This document shows, piece after piece, positions 14,085 to 28,500 of a stretch of DNA of 64,000 nucleotides. How positions within the stretch are numbered: position 1 is the stretch's first letter; the number at the start of each line of letters is the position of its first letter. Below the pieces are notes generated by a model. That model was not told the DNA's origin, did not search any database, and saw only the letters and a list, made by a program, of their open reading frames with translations. The position numbers were made by a program, and so were the translations under genes. This DNA is from Oopsacas minuta (taxonomy: Eukaryota > Animalia > Porifera). The stretch covers positions 395,068 through 459,067 of the forward strand of contig JAKMXF010000122.1 in assembly GCA_024704765.1 (NCBI GenBank), written 5' to 3'.

Positions 14085-14887
14085 CATTGCCTACTATATA
14101 CACGGATAGTTAAGCAAAGTTTTGCTAAAATATCCAGGCCATTGAATATATTCTGTTTGATCATGAAGGATTGCAGTTATCTTTACAAATTCAACTGGAA
14201 ATAGGGTTCCACATAAGGCAGAAACATCTGGAATACCTTTGAACCTGCTTTCCAAGTAATTTTAACCACAATATAGCAATCAAAGTTTATGCCCTTATAT
14301 GATATTTTGTATTTTTTATCAATATTTTCAGAAATTCTCAAAACTTAGCCTAGTCCTTTGTATCAAAATACCTTCTACTATTGAAATATTAGTCTAATTA
14401 ATCAAAGGATGATCTACATTTTCTTAATCACTCGTTAAATAATCATATTTGTGATATTCGGTGTAAAACATCAATCCTAGAAATCGAAGAAATTCCATCA
14501 AAATGTATGCCAACACACACTAAGCATTAATAGTTAACCATTTTATAAGTTCGGTTAATACAGTCTCTCTATTATGTTTTTATGCTAATTTAATACGAAT
14601 CATGATCCATTTCATGAGATTTTTGGGTTTTCGAAATATTGGTATTTAATAGTAAAATAATTACCATTATTGAAAGTGAAATGCTGATTGCTTCATTGTG
14701 ATTAAAATACCATGGAAATTCAGGTTCAAATGTATTCTAGATGTCTCCACCGTATGTTGAAACCTATACACAGTTGAATTTGTAATGATAACTGCAATTG
14801 TTCATGATCAAAGAAAATATAATTAATGGCCCGGAAATTATTTTGGCAATTCCTTGCTTAGCTAGCCGTGTATATAGTGAGGCCATG
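14085..14887. mobile_element. MITE with ~200-bp imperfect inverted arms starting CAT(G/T)GCCTACTATATACACGG (P-superfamily-like terminus)
   Basis: 14085-14300 is the approximate reverse complement of 14690-14887; a third arm copy lies at ~52255-52450. No clean TSD. Confidence 0.65.
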
Positions 14888-15174
14888 TACATATACATAC
14901 CTAGTAGTCGACACTCCAATAATTCTACCCTCGATTCTGGGAAATTTAGAAGAGAACGAATAGTTATTAACTCACTGTTCCACCTCGTAACAAGGCTCGC
15001 GTGGAACTTTTTCTCATTCTAAGATATCATTGGCGTATATTGATCTACAAACATATGATACTAATGCCTTTGAAAGTATTTTATTCAGTATTACTGCTCT
15101 TCTAAAAACTCTTTCACGACCAATCGGAATGTGTGAATAAACACGAGCCATGTTCTGGTGTGTGTTTTAATATA

Positions 15175-15400
<226 letters not shown>

Positions 15401-17294
15401 TAAGAATCTGAATAGGAATCATCCATCGTTATTGAATCAAAACTTGGTAGCCTAAATACTTTGAGCATATTTGGAGCGGTGTCTGTGGTTATATTTGCTA
15501 TTTTGCCTTGAAGGGTATAGAATGAAATGATTTCTTCATAGTATTGGGTAACATTTTCTGCATTGTGTTCAGCTCGAAACCATTTATATCCCAAAAGGGA
15601 GGAACACTTGGACCAATTGAATATGTAATGGCAGATAATTCCTAGAAATCTCCACATTCGACAATTGGACCACAGATCAACTGTTACAGATACCGGATCA
15701 AACTTACCAGGAAGATCTTTCATATGTACTCGATTATTTTAATCTTCTTTGTTAAGAGATTTGTAGAGAGTACTTTCGTGATGGGATAATATAGCGGGTG
15801 CCGAGCATATTCGCAAAATAATGAACGAAGAACTCAATGAGTTGTGATGGAAGCATCTCTTCATAAGTGAATTTGATCAGAGCATCAGTTATAGCTAACT
15901 GAAGCGGGTCACTGAAACTGTACTTCTTCGCTGCAAATTTGAGAGCAGTTTGTCCTCAAGATTTCGTATCAGATGGTGATGTAACATAAGAAACTCTTCA
16001 GAAAGTTTTCTCTAATTAATAATGAGTAAATAAATTTACAAATATATTCCTATTATATTAGTAAACCGCTTTCGCACAGGGAAAGTATTTACTTATTATT
16101 AAGTGAGTATTAATATTAGATAATGTTTTTGCAGAAGTTGAAATCACCCTCCTCCACAATTTTCACTCAGCCAGATAACTTCCTTCAGTGTTCGAAGGAT
16201 TACAAAATACGCAAGGTTTGACATCACAATGAGATAGCAACTGTAAAGAATCTCTTATCTATGAATCCAATGAGTCAATGATAGTGACTTTCTAGGATAT
16301 CATGGAAGTGGGAACCATTATTTTAATGGTTTCAGTTTATCATTTCACATCTTGGTAGTTCTTTCTTCCTGGTTGATAACAATCAATATTCAAAATAATA
16401 TAGAATTGTAATATAGAGTCACATATTACAATAGTTTTAATACAAAAACAATGACAATGACAATTACATATTACAATTACTTAGGCCTGGTAGTATCGAA
16501 TTCATTGGTCTTACGACTATATTACATAATATGGCCGTCAAAACATACGACTATAATAAATTATTTTCGGATCAAAATCCTAAGAGTATAATACAGTATA
16601 TGCGAGTAAAATCCTACAACGATACTACAAGATAAGAAGATATGCAGCCAAATATTACGACAATAATACATCTTGATGTGGGTTAAAACGTTACTACTGT
16701 AATTTATATGATGCATAGTAGAATTACATGAGTTTCAATCCTTAATATAGATATGGTTATCTTAACTTTTGATACATATTTTTACTGCGAACATAGCTTA
16801 AATTAGCATTGTATAATAGTATAAATAATATCTAATACAGTTTCTTACAAAATTATCCCCGATCCCAATTTGGAATAGTCCAATGCGCAACAAATACTCC
16901 CTGAGCGCACCATTAAGAACCTGAATCAGGTTGAATATGGAATAGAGATACTAGAATTACATTCGATTATAAGTTCCAATTTCCTCTATTACAATCTTAT
17001 TTTAAGGGCATGTTCTGTTTCTTATTGGAATTCAAATTCCAAAGTAGAGTGCGCCATGTGCTAGGTTAAAAATGCATTACAGAGTAGGGAGCCACTACCT
17101 AGGTACGTGGGTATTAGATAAAAGTGGAGAGGTCTTAGGGGTACAGATCCCACAATCATATTCGAGAGGTACCAGTTCTTTTGTTTGCATTGTACTATAT
17201 TGAGCAAAGATATCTTAGCTAAAAAAGCTAATAGCATAAGAGTAATTCGCAAGATATAACGTGGTTAGTTTTGCAACAATAATCAAGTAATTAC

Positions 17295-17506
17295 CGCTAA
17301 TGAATTCTTCTTCTGGGATCTCATCAAGGAACAAGTCCATTTTTAATTCCTGGGATTCATAGGTCATTCCCAGAGGGAAAGCATCAGATAAAAGAGCATT
17401 TCCACCGAATGCGCCACCTTGTTGTGTTGTCGTCAGTACGTCTAAGCCTTCCATTCCTCCATATATATACTCTTGGGTTCTTTGAAGGTTGCGCTTTCCA
17501 AGAATT
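17295..17506 (-). CDS. Cadherin gene exon D (cytoplasmic tail)
   Basis: Acceptor ctctcttAG, donor GTAATT; 212 nt; starts in phase 2, matching exon C (AG|A = Arg); encodes ILGKRNLQRTQEYIYGG...YESQELKMDLFLDEIPEEEFIS. Confidence 0.8.
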
Positions 17507-18753
17507 CTAAGAGAGAGCAATGAGTAATTGATATGATAAGTGTGAATGTTGTAATGATATTGCAGCAACCAAAGGTCACACATAATTGACATTATAAGTA
17601 TTTTAAGATCTAAGAGCAAATAAGAAATAAGTCCTCTATTTCGATAGTGCCATCACTTGTGGAAGATTGTTTTTAGCCCAATTTCAGTGGAGCTAAATTT
17701 AAGATATTTCAGAAAATAAAATATTTGAGATTAAGCTCCAAAATATAGGCGATATAGAACTATGAAAAACGTAATAAAACTCTTTTCCAGGAATATATCG
17801 AAAAAGGGCTCTTTTGTACTATACTCCGTGAATTGCCAAAAAATCATTCTGGGCTTATTGGGTTGTATACACCTATGCATTGTACAGAAATACATTGATA
17901 GTTAGGATATGAGGACAGTTTACCAGAAAAGGGTTCATATACTGGAAATACTCTAATAAGATGCGTATTCCCATAAGCGTTACCCACTAGCATTAACATT
18001 TTATGTTCATCATGATTAACTAATCATCATTCTGATTAATAAAAACACAGTCAAAATTTTCACTCCAAAATTTTAGTGCTCTATACTAATAGTTGATATC
18101 AAAGTTGACCGTTCTAAGTGGTTAGGTACATGTTTTGTCCCTAAACTTAAAATTTACAGTTCGAATAGATTGAATACCTTAGTGCCAATCTCTTGACTAA
18201 AAACATAAAAATCAAAAGCTTTAGAGTAAATTTTTCATCACCCCATAAGTTTTCCAAAATATTAACATCAAATTCAGCATAGTATGAAACCTGAGAAGCA
18301 GAATTTTCTTAAGAAAATTCTAATTACTCTGGAAGAAAAAAATGCCATGCCTGGTGGATGGCTATAATTGAATCCATTATTCACCTCTATCATATATTGA
18401 AAGATACTCATCAGAATGACAACACAAAGTATTAACCTATTATTTTTTCAGAATATAATTTTCGCAATTATGATTAGAGCTAAACATAGTGTGTACGAAC
18501 ACATTGTACCTTGGTCTAATTACACCTAAAACTCACTGTGGTCAGTAGGGCCCAGGTAATATCAAGTTTTAGGGTGATTTGTCATAATATTATGTTTGCT
18601 GTAGAACTAAATCCATCCTCCGCAAACCTCCCCCAAATTATCACCAAGCATTTTTAATAGAGCGACCTGTAAATTTTTAAGATTTTCAGAATTTAAGCAA
18701 TTCATATCGTAATATTATATTTACTAAATTTTAGTAACAATTTCGAATTCTAC

Positions 18754-19991
18754 ATGAATAGCAAGGAAGCACTTGATTCCTTCATCAAGATATTTGATCT
18801 ATCAGATGGCGAATTCTCCTCAATTCAAAGATTCATTGAATGCGATGCTTTCAGTAATCGGAATTATCTATCTACATAGCAATCACGCATATTATATTCC
18901 ACTCAACGCCCCAGTCCCACAAAGAAATGTATTATTGTAGAAGAGCGAATCGTTTTTGCACTTGACCTTGCAAAGGAGTCAGCAAACCTCTAGCTGAATT
19001 GGCACTGAAGGCTCTCAGATGTAGATTGAAGCCACTTTTGTTTCTAATCGCTACTATTCCTGAAAACAAATTCATGATAAAACAATAGTACCTATGCACT
19101 CCAGCTAAGTAAATATCATATTCCGCCGCATACAACAAAGTAGCTTGTTATGGTGCCACCATGATAGCATCATATGAGATTAATGAATACGGAACAATGA
19201 TCAAGTTAAACTAGGAATTGGTATCTCATATAAATCTATCTTACAACAGGAACTTTACGATTACTTGAATCTAACCTATGTTCGGATGATCAAAATATCC
19301 GTTTGTACTTACGATCGCAGATGAATTGGAAGATTCGGATTGTCATAAAATTTACAACCAGTTCGATGGGAATCCACAATTCAATACAAAAAGTTTCATG
19401 CTCTTTGCCAAAACAATTCCTAATTTGAGATGTTGTGTCAGACCAATAGTATTAGTATCTCATAAGGAAACGAAAAGAATACTCAATATAATGGATCTAA
19501 TGATCAATCCTTAAGTACCATAGAAAAGAGGGACAAAAGCTACCTTGTGGTAACGTTAGAGTTAAAGTTCTCCTTACAATATTTGATGAGAAAATGTCTG
19601 GCATTCTGAGTGGAGCGGGTGATGCAAGTTGACAACTTTGTAATGCAAGTTCTGCAGAATTAAAGATTTAGAACTCTGTCGATCGGGCTTCCTTTCAACA
19701 GGACGATAACTTGAGCACTTTCTATTGTTGACACAGAAAATGTTTTACTACTACCAACGAAAGATCGCCGTGGTTTAACACACGAACTCATATCTGAGAT
19801 TCACAACAAATTTCATAGATACATTTGTCCGTCTCTTGAGCCAAAGCGATCGAGTTCTGATAGGTATTCGTAGTGTTCTTAAGTGTAAGGAATGTGGACG
19901 AATCGGACACACCTACAAGCTGAAACGTACAAATTTGCTTCACCAGACTAAGGATCAAAACATAATAATTAATTCGTTAATATTTGAGTAG
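18754..19991 (+). pseudogene. RAG1-like/Transib transposase, copy 3 (internally deleted)
   Basis: KPLAELALKALRCRLKPL (NBD-like), DELEDSDCHKIYNQ, FDEKMSGILSGAGDAS*QLC, then a jump to DTFVRLLSQSD and C-terminal CKECGRIGH. Element right end CACTGTG at 20830-20836 is homologous to those of copies 1 and 2. Confidence 0.8.
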
Positions 19992-21087
19992 CGTCTTGTC
20001 TTAATTTTTCGACTTGCAGACAAATAATTTTCGAAAGCCCCCAAAGGCAAGGTACATGGAACCTTGTGGAAAACTCTGTCTGAGGCTATTCAAGCAACGC
20101 AATCCCAATCATGGCGAGCCTAGATAATGGAAACACGACCCGCAACGACATATCCCCAGTGCCGAAAACGTTAAACAACTCTGATCTATCTGAAGTCTAT
20201 TGCGAAAAGGCTACGCAACTGAGGTGTTCCTGCCAGGACGAAACACATGGATTGCAATAAGGCTGCAATAGGTATATTTAAAATTAACGGATAGTTAATG
20301 TCGGTTATTAAAAACACGCATAAAGTCCAAGTTACCCCACGAATTTCAAATTTTCAAATTTTCAAATTTTCGTTTTTTAGATGAAATTCCTTTTGCAGTA
20401 TTAATACAGCAAAAAAGAATGTAGATTTTAACTCTAAACACATTATCCCTTAATACATAATTTTGAAGTGAATACTTTATGTAAATAACTCAAATATGAC
20501 AAATATTTCCAGAATTCAATTTGTATAATTTGCTTATGTGTTATCAAAACCAGAATATAGAAGCCATATAAAATGCTCTTCATGAGCAATCTACTCTAAA
20601 TAGTGATTAACACATAAGTATATAATAGATTTGATAATCCAGCCTATATACATTTTACGCTGGTGTATATATTTCGCCAATTGCGATTAAGTCATCATAA
20701 CTCAAAAATAGAAGCAATACCAAAAGATTTTGCTGTCAATCAACTAGGTATCTGGAATATTCCTAAGTTACATAATACGTTTTATGCACTTTATACATAC
20801 CCTAATGCCTACTAATAGCCATTTAAAGACACTGTGAAAAGCCAGAGTTGAAATCGTGTCCACTTTGCAGAACCCAACCCAACCCAACCCGAACACGAAG
20901 TGTAAATAAGTGTAGATTGTAATTGAAATTCTTCTAAATATACGTTTTATTAACATTCCCATTAAAACAAATATCTACTTGTATAAAATACAGAATACTT
21001 ATCTAATATAGTATTGAGTAAATTAAGTAGCTAGCAACATGTTTTGTATTCTAAGGAAAATTTGTTCTGCAATATTATGGGTTAATT

Positions 21088-24000
21088 CGGGAACTTCGTA
21101 ATACAGGACATACAACTGATTTGAACCATGGATGGTAAGTAGAGGGTAATGTACAATTACTATATTTTGAATGGGAAGAATAGTAAGATTTGATACTGAT
21201 AATTGAATGTTTTATATACATGCAGTTACATTTTGTAACAACTTTACTTATCTAAGATCGAAATTTGTCGATGTTAACGAACATTAGGCGGCCTTTTGGT
21301 TGATTTAGGTATTTTAATGAAATATACTTTATAAATTACAAATAGCAACTCTGATAGTTAAACAGATAATATATGTATTAATTAATCATTTACTGAAACA
21401 ATTAAATGTCAGCTAAGATTGGAAATTCTTAAATTTCCAGTTGTCCTCAATATTTGAAGTTCTTTTTGAAAATTTGAGCACCTTGAGTGAACTTAAATTT
21501 CGAACATTATTTGCCAGAATACTATTAGAGATGTAACAAAGTATTTCCTTCAATATATCCCATTTAACCGTGAGACAGTAGTTGCAGTACTTCTCCAAAT
21601 TTCTGCAAAAGATTAGTATCCTCTATTTTGATAGTAGAGAGAGATACAAGAATTTTCGAGGGGCTGACGAAACAAATTTATTGAAAAATATCGGTTGTAC
21701 TTCAATTGCAGTAAAGATACTCCAAAGGAGAATGCACGACTCAAGAAGCTATAAAGCTAGATAATTTAATCCTCCTTATGATCTGTTATTTAAATGAGTT
21801 GATTCTGAAGACGGGAGGATAAGCGAAATCACATTTCTCACTTGTAAGATAGTTAACTATTTGAGGTAATACTAAACAATATTGTCAGAAACTAGAAAAA
21901 GTTGGGGTATTAACCTTCCAGCCTTATCAGGAAGCAATTTCCAAGTATCTAGCCATTGAACGACTTTATCAACAAACTAAAACGGTCACCATTGTCAATG
22001 AGTGGGTTTGAAAAGGAATCTCTTAAGCGCTTTCCATTCACTGGACTATTAACATTAAAGATATCCAAATACGAACGATAACGTCTAGAAATTCGTGCAT
22101 CTGAGTACAATAGCAGCAACCTGCAGTTGATTATTAAGTCTCAAGGTAGCCTTCGTTTATTCGCTAAACACTGCCAACGCAAGATTAACATTTTGCCTCT
22201 CTATATGGTAGGCTAGCAAACTTTTGCAGTCAATTTATAAGCTTGCTTCCAAGGTGGAAGAGTGCTTAAGTCTGTATTGATTCCTAATATCTTCAAAGGA
22301 AGGAAAATGAAATCTATACTGAGCATCATGTTGGTTAAGCCAATCGTTACGAATACATTTATGATGTGGACAAAATCAAAAATGGGGAATAAAGGACAAC
22401 TGGGGTTACAAGGATGGGGAACTGATTGTTCGATTACATGCTTGCGCAATAATAATGTGAATAAACTTTGATTTAGCGGTAAGTTATCTGTACATAATAC
22501 TACAACATTGAGATCGCACTATTCAATATCAGTTATAACAGTAGTCACGATCTCAAAAACTTCTTTAGCATCAGAACAAGCAAGTGGATATAATCGAACT
22601 ATTTCACTCCATTTTTCGAAAAGACTAGTAACCATGAAAGCTAGTACAGGTTTTCCGTTACTTCTACATTCGAACTGTACGAGCCATAAATCTTTCCTCC
22701 ATTATAGCTAAAGTCAGACTGTACATAAACCTCATCAATGTTTAATACAAGCTGACGCTGTTATCTAGTAAACTTCGCAGTTGATTTAATTAGAAATTCA
22801 TTAAACTCATATTCAAAACTTGATTTTGAAGATTACATAATGTAGATTGATGTGGAAGTGTAAGACATAGAGAAGTTTGAAGAAAACTATAAAAACAGGA
22901 GAAATAAGTTGGGCCTTTAAAGCAAGCGTCAGAGTGATCACAGTGTATCAGTATTTTTGCTTGGGAAGTAAGATATTTGCGAGTTGGCATAATAAAAATT
23001 GGAGACGAGGGATTTTTGACAATTAATCAGATTCATGATTAAGCTCAAACTTATGAATTGAAGATTGAAGATTAACAATAGCTTGTTTGATTTCGTTTTT
23101 GGAACCATTTTATGGTAGCTCGAAATATCTTTAATAGAGTAATCAAATTCACGAATGTCTTCAATCTGTTGCACAGATAGAGATACCTGAACATCTCCAT
23201 AAAATCCTATAGAAACAATTTTATAAAAGTGTTCAAATTTCAATCTTACGGAGGGATAATTATTGTCAATCAAAAATGGACTTTGGGCTACACCAAAAAG
23301 TATAGAGTTTTCAGTTAGTAAGAGATTTCGAATATCTTAAGCCTAGTATTCCAATATGAACCATTTGTAGATGTATAATTTACTTATTAAGTATTCCGAT
23401 TAAATACAAACTGATTTATAAATAATGTAAAGTATATAAACTAACCCTTTGCGCAGAGACCTAAATCTATAGGATATAGGATTCAAAGTTAAGAAGTGAT
23501 CCAGAAAGCGAGGCTTAAAAATACTCAAAGTTGTATCAGAGGAATACCATAAGAACCAATTCTCTGGCAATGGATAAATAGAAAATTTAAGGTTAATTCT
23601 TCAAATGTCGATACAGAGAATCTTTCGAGTTCAAATTCATAGTCACGCCTGCTATCTGTAATCCCTTGATAATAGATAGTAAAATAAATAATTCTTAGGT
23701 ATGTGAATTAGTTACACAACAGAAATACTAAATACCTGTGAAAGAAAGATTTCTCTTTCTTACAAGATCCAATCGCTGAGGGATGGCGTCATATATTTTT
23801 GAATAATTAGGGAATTCAAATATACTGGGGAAGAACAAGGTAAGTAGGCTAGCAGTCTGGAAGCAGTTTTCACAATACCATCAGGTTGCGGTATAACGAC
23901 GCTCAAAAGTAGATCTCTGAAATGTTTAATACAGACATAATTGAATGTAATTCAGATACATTGTCACGACATATCTGCTTCAACCACATTTTAGCTAGAT

Positions 24001-24377
24001 CGGCATCTTTTGGCAATGTGAAGACGGTGTAGGTATTCTTTAATGCATGCTAATTAATTTTACAATATGGCAAAGAACAACAATTTAGCATCGTGAATTA
24101 AGCTATGTCAAAGAACTGAGGAAATTAGAGTAGAATTAGGATGAAAATATCATGAGAAATCTAAATTAGTACGAAAGCAAATATAAGACATAACGAATCT
24201 TAAACAAAATATATAAATTGCATCATTTACATACAAAAATATATTATAATATTGTGCGCATTTTCAATTGTGTCAACGAAAATTACATGTTGTGGTTGCG
24301 TAAATATTACCCCTAGTTACCATCCATGGTACAGGTCAATCAGGGTCAGTTGTAAGTCCTGTATTACGAAGTTCCCG
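21088..24377 (-). mobile_element. P-superfamily DNA transposon with THAP domain, pseudogenised
   Basis: 32-bp TIR CGGGAACTTCGTAATACAGGAC(A/T)TACAACTGA; 7-bp TSD GTTAATT (21081-21087, 24378-24384); THAP motif FTLPKD...W...R...VCIKHF at ~23900-24050; NIDEVYVQSD, FDFVHIIKCIRN and YKLTAKVC motifs. Confidence 0.9.
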
Positions 24378-24638
24378 GTTAATTATATTTATCCCGTAAA
24401 TGTCCCCTTGAGGCCATTTCATTAAAGTTCTATGCGATGTTGCCATGTAAACATAATCTTTTGCAAAATAGAATTGAAACATTGAATTAAAAATTATACA
24501 CATAGTTTGAACTGATTAACTTTTAACCCGACCCACACGAGAAAAACGAAGCAACTTCCAACTCTGGAGGAAGCATACTTCATGGTAGAGTTAGTAGATA
24601 TTGAACACATATATAAAGTAAATATGCATACCTTAAGT

Positions 24639-24845
24639 GCTATAGCCTATTCTCGTTAATGAACCCGGGTTGCTTCAGTTAACATGCAAAGTATCAACAA
24701 TAGTGATACATGATAAAATGACATTAATAATAGCCTACATTGAATATTATATAATAGAGGTGGATAATTGTGATGATTATTTATCACAAAACTACTACAA
24801 AAACTATAAACAAACTGCATATGAAATTATGAATACAATGCACAT
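24639..24845 (-). repeat. Dispersed ~200-bp repeat, inverted copy of 39725-39932 (3' region of the P-like element at 35.4-39.9 kb)
   Basis: High by-eye identity between the two copies. Confidence 0.85.
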
Positions 24846-24951
24846 AAAAACCAATGGAGGGCATTAGATGCTAAAATCAGAATTTCAGCAATAATTATAA
24901 TATGATCGTAAAAAAGTAATAAGTACATGCAATAGTAACAACAAGCAATAC

Positions 24952-25142
24952 CTTTGGTATAGTGCAAGGAAGTTGGCAAAAAAACCACATAGCAAGATAA
25001 TAACACAAACTGTGATAATTAGAATAATCTGGACACTAGAAGATTGTCTCCCACTAACTGGTTGGGAAATATGATCTACTAAAGATACAGTTTGTACATT
25101 GCCATCACAAATATTCGCTAACTCAGCAAAGTTCTCATCTAT
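24952..25142 (-). CDS. Cadherin gene exon C (juxtamembrane linker + transmembrane helix)
   Basis: Acceptor ttttttAG, donor GTATTG; 191 nt, phase 0 to phase 2; IDENFAELANICDG...IILIITVCVIILLCGFFANFLALYQR. Confidence 0.85.
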
Positions 25143-26078
25143 CTAAAAAAGATTGGAAAATATATTCATAAGCTATGTGCAAGTTGTATGATATGATAAT
25201 GTTATCATAGCTTACTATATATGGCTTCATAGCAAGCAATTACTGTGGCAGGTTATGAGGAAATACTAGAATAAATTATCACAACTCAAATTTCTTCGTA
25301 ATGAGAATTCGATTCAGCATACACGTAAAACATAAAATCATTCTGGATTCTTTTCAATACTGTCCTATTTTAGTTAAGGTATAGCCTCAGTTATCCGAAC
25401 ACTTTCGTCTCTGAATTTCAAGTATGACGGATCAATGAAAATGAAGATTTTGAAATTTTGAATATTTGGCTGCATAAAAATACAAATACAATAGAACCTC
25501 GGTAAAACGAACACCAAGGGAAGGACAATTTTGTTCGCCTTACCCGGAGTTCGCATTAACAAGAGTAATTCAAATAGGATTTCAATAGTAGGGACCTGAT
25601 TATATGCAATTGTTTATTCTTGATTCAGTGAAATTTGTAATAACAATGTTCCACTGTATGTGAATAATTTCGCCACTTAGTTGAATAATGGGTACTTAGG
25701 TTGTCAGAAGCACCAATAACAGATTAACTTTGGGTAAATTCCATGACAAAATATGCTTCCTGTTGTTCAGGCACAGAAGTGTCGGAAAATAGGAGGATAG
25801 GATGATTAAAGTTCTACGGTATATAGGTTATCAAATTCAGCCCTGTAACATTTCAAAAATAGTCTAGTTATGGTTTCAACTCTGATCAGTGTAGCAGCTG
25901 TCCGGGAATTTATGGACCAGACCACACAATGAAAAAACTTGAAACGTCGAGACCGATAGCATAAACCTTGTTAATTCGTATTCAGCCAGCCTCAACACAT
26001 GTCCGAAAATCGGGACATTGTATTAAAGAATTAAGTAGTTGAAAACTAGCTAACATATATTCTAGTATGTATAAATAA

Positions 26079-26485
26079 TCTATATTATTAAATCTCACTT
26101 GTTGTTTGTCAGTTGTCAAGAAAAGGATATACGTTATGCAATTTTGAAATTGGCGCATAACTATGTATATATCGCGTTTATCCCGGAAGTACAACAGAAT
26201 TCAATAAAACTTCACTAAATATATATCCAACATGCCGAATCCGATTATTCAACTTCATAATGAATCTTACATAATTTTTGTTGTTGTGTTTAAGATTATC
26301 AAGTAAACAAACTAGCCAAATCTCAAAATATACGTACAGGCTTGCTCTAAACGGCCTAAGTCTTTAATTAATCCTAGAAACTTGTATTCAACGGTTATAC
26401 TGGGGTAATCGTGTACGCTGATTATGTTGCTACTTGTATACTTTGCGTTCAAAAGCCGCACCGCGACAAAGCGAAGCTCATAGTT
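26079..26485 (+). mobile_element. Helitron-like non-autonomous element, related to 47780-48436
   Basis: 5' TCTATATTATTAAATCTC, GTTT-type microsatellite, internal homology to the 47.8-kb copy, GC-rich 3' end (GCGAAGC..TAG|T). Confidence 0.5.
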
Positions 26486-26859
26486 TAATGTATTATAAGA
26501 TTGCTAGGGTTAGATATATACCGGTTATGCAAGATGCAGTCAGAGTCGCTTATCGTAACCATCAGTGGACAAAAAATGCAATTCATAATAAAGAGAGATC
26601 AAACTAAGCTTAACTATTTGGTAGAAAATTATAGATTCATAAACTCGTCACAGGCAGTGATTTGAGATTTTTATCCTACTCTACCTTCGTATAATTGACA
26701 TAAGTGCATCGTTTGACTGATCCAGGATGATGAATAGCTCCAGAACTATGTATCATTCCAGACTGTTGGACGGGTTCAGATAAAGCTGACCAGACGGACC
26801 CAACCCGTTCGGTCCGGTCCGGTCCTGCATCTCTGGCTCTGATATAATTGAAAATATTG

Positions 26860-27800
26860 TTAAGATAATATTATTCGAGGCAAATCTTCGAAGACATACA
26901 GTACTACTCTCCTCAAACAAGAAATGCTGAAAAGGAAACCAATTCGCAAGTAGCACAATATACTTTAAGACTACAGTATCTAATAGATATATTTGAGCAA
27001 CTAAATAAGTGGTCGAGTAATCACTTCAATGCCACGGCTATTCACTATCGCAATGGTGAGAGGGTATTTTCCGGAAAAAATATTTCAGTCAATAAATGAC
27101 ACAGTAAGGTGCTATGTTCCTGAACTAGTGCAAGAAATTACTTCAATATCATACACATCAGATATCTGGAGTGATCCTAATGGCGCTAATTTGCATATTA
27201 GCTCAGTGATCATTCCGTAAATCATAAGTATACAATGAAGGATTCAAAGCAAAAAATATAAAACACGTTCCTGGGCAATATACAGGAATTGCCAATCCGA
27301 CACTTTCCATGGGATAATGAAATTCTGGAAATTACCAGTATCAAATGCCATCATCTATTGCTACATAATAAAGCAGCAAATATTACTTAAGGAGCTGAAA
27401 CTACACTGTTGAATCGCGAAGATTGCCGTATATTGTAAAACACTTAAACCATTCATCTCTAGCATGTGGCAAACTTAATCAAATAAAATGAACTAGGTAT
27501 TTCTGAAACTAAGTAAACACAAGATGGAACAGACAGTAAGTTCAAATATTAGAGTAATTACATGAGAAAAGAAGAACTAAAGGATTGTTTGTCACCCACT
27601 ATGGTGATATAAAAATATCCCAAATCAATGGGAGTTAAGCGAAAGCATTCTGAAAACAATTCAAACGTTTGAAAAAGTAAACAAAACTTTAGCATTTACA
27701 AAGTATCCATTTCTGAAGTAAAAATAACAATGAAATCATTACAAAACAGAAGATAACGTAGTGTTTTTATGTAAAATTTGTAGGAAATATCCAGAAAATG
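26860..27800 (+). pseudogene. hAT (Ac/BED-type) transposase remnant
   Basis: ISYTSDIWSD motif in ORF 27029-27220; downstream decayed HNKAANI; CCGGT subterminal repeats at ~26780-26825. Confidence 0.6.
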
Positions 27801-27949
27801 AGCGACCTCAGAGTAAAACAAGTAAATAGTGTGTAAATATAATTCAGAGGGTCAATATTCGGATTATAAGACCCACAAAGACTAGCGGCGTCGAACGAGG
27901 ATTCACTTGATGTGGTTAGGACTAATTTTGAGATTGGTGTAGTCACACC

Positions 27950-28500
27950 CTGAGATATTGGTGCGTTTCAAGGGATAAATCCCTCCAAATATGGTCAAGT
28001 AACCCACTAAAGTGCTGGGGGACATCTGATGCTGGGTACAAATCTGGTGGTTAACAGTTGATTCAATGAATTTTGAAAAGGCAAACCCATGAGGGGGATA
28101 CTTCGACATAATAGTAGACATGCCATTTATCGATTCGGCTTGGCGCTACGGAGAATTTGACACCGGGATCCTGAAGATTAAGTATTAAAAATTCGGTAGT
28201 TGTCCAGCGAGTTTCAATTCGGCTAAATTTCGATGCTAAGCAAATATATATATGGTACAATTTGCCAAGATAAATCAATGTAAAATTGCCAAATGACAAC
28301 TCCATTACATCTACAAACTATTTCCAGTGCAAAAGGAGGTCTTTCGATTGCATACTTGTCAAGGATGTCAGAAAAGGCTATTGTTTTGAGATCGAGTAAC
28401 GAGGAAATTAATGATATACGGTTAGAAATGATCTCCTTGGTAATAGAGTACATAACGAAGTAATAGAGGAAATTGGGAGTACGTTCCTAGCACTCCTCTC
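27950..28500 (+). pseudogene. Possible BEL/Pao LTR retrotransposon pol remnant
   Basis: Decayed KVLG, LHT(F.DA)SEKA and IRLEM resemble BEL RT/RNase H motifs; heavily mutated. Confidence 0.4.

Noticed and set aside
18046-18540. Candidate left ends of RAG1-like copy 3 (CACAGTC at 18046, CACTGTG at 18534)
   Set aside because: Flanks match the right-side AAAAG at only 4/5 and 3/5 positions and there is no clear subterminal homology; unresolved.
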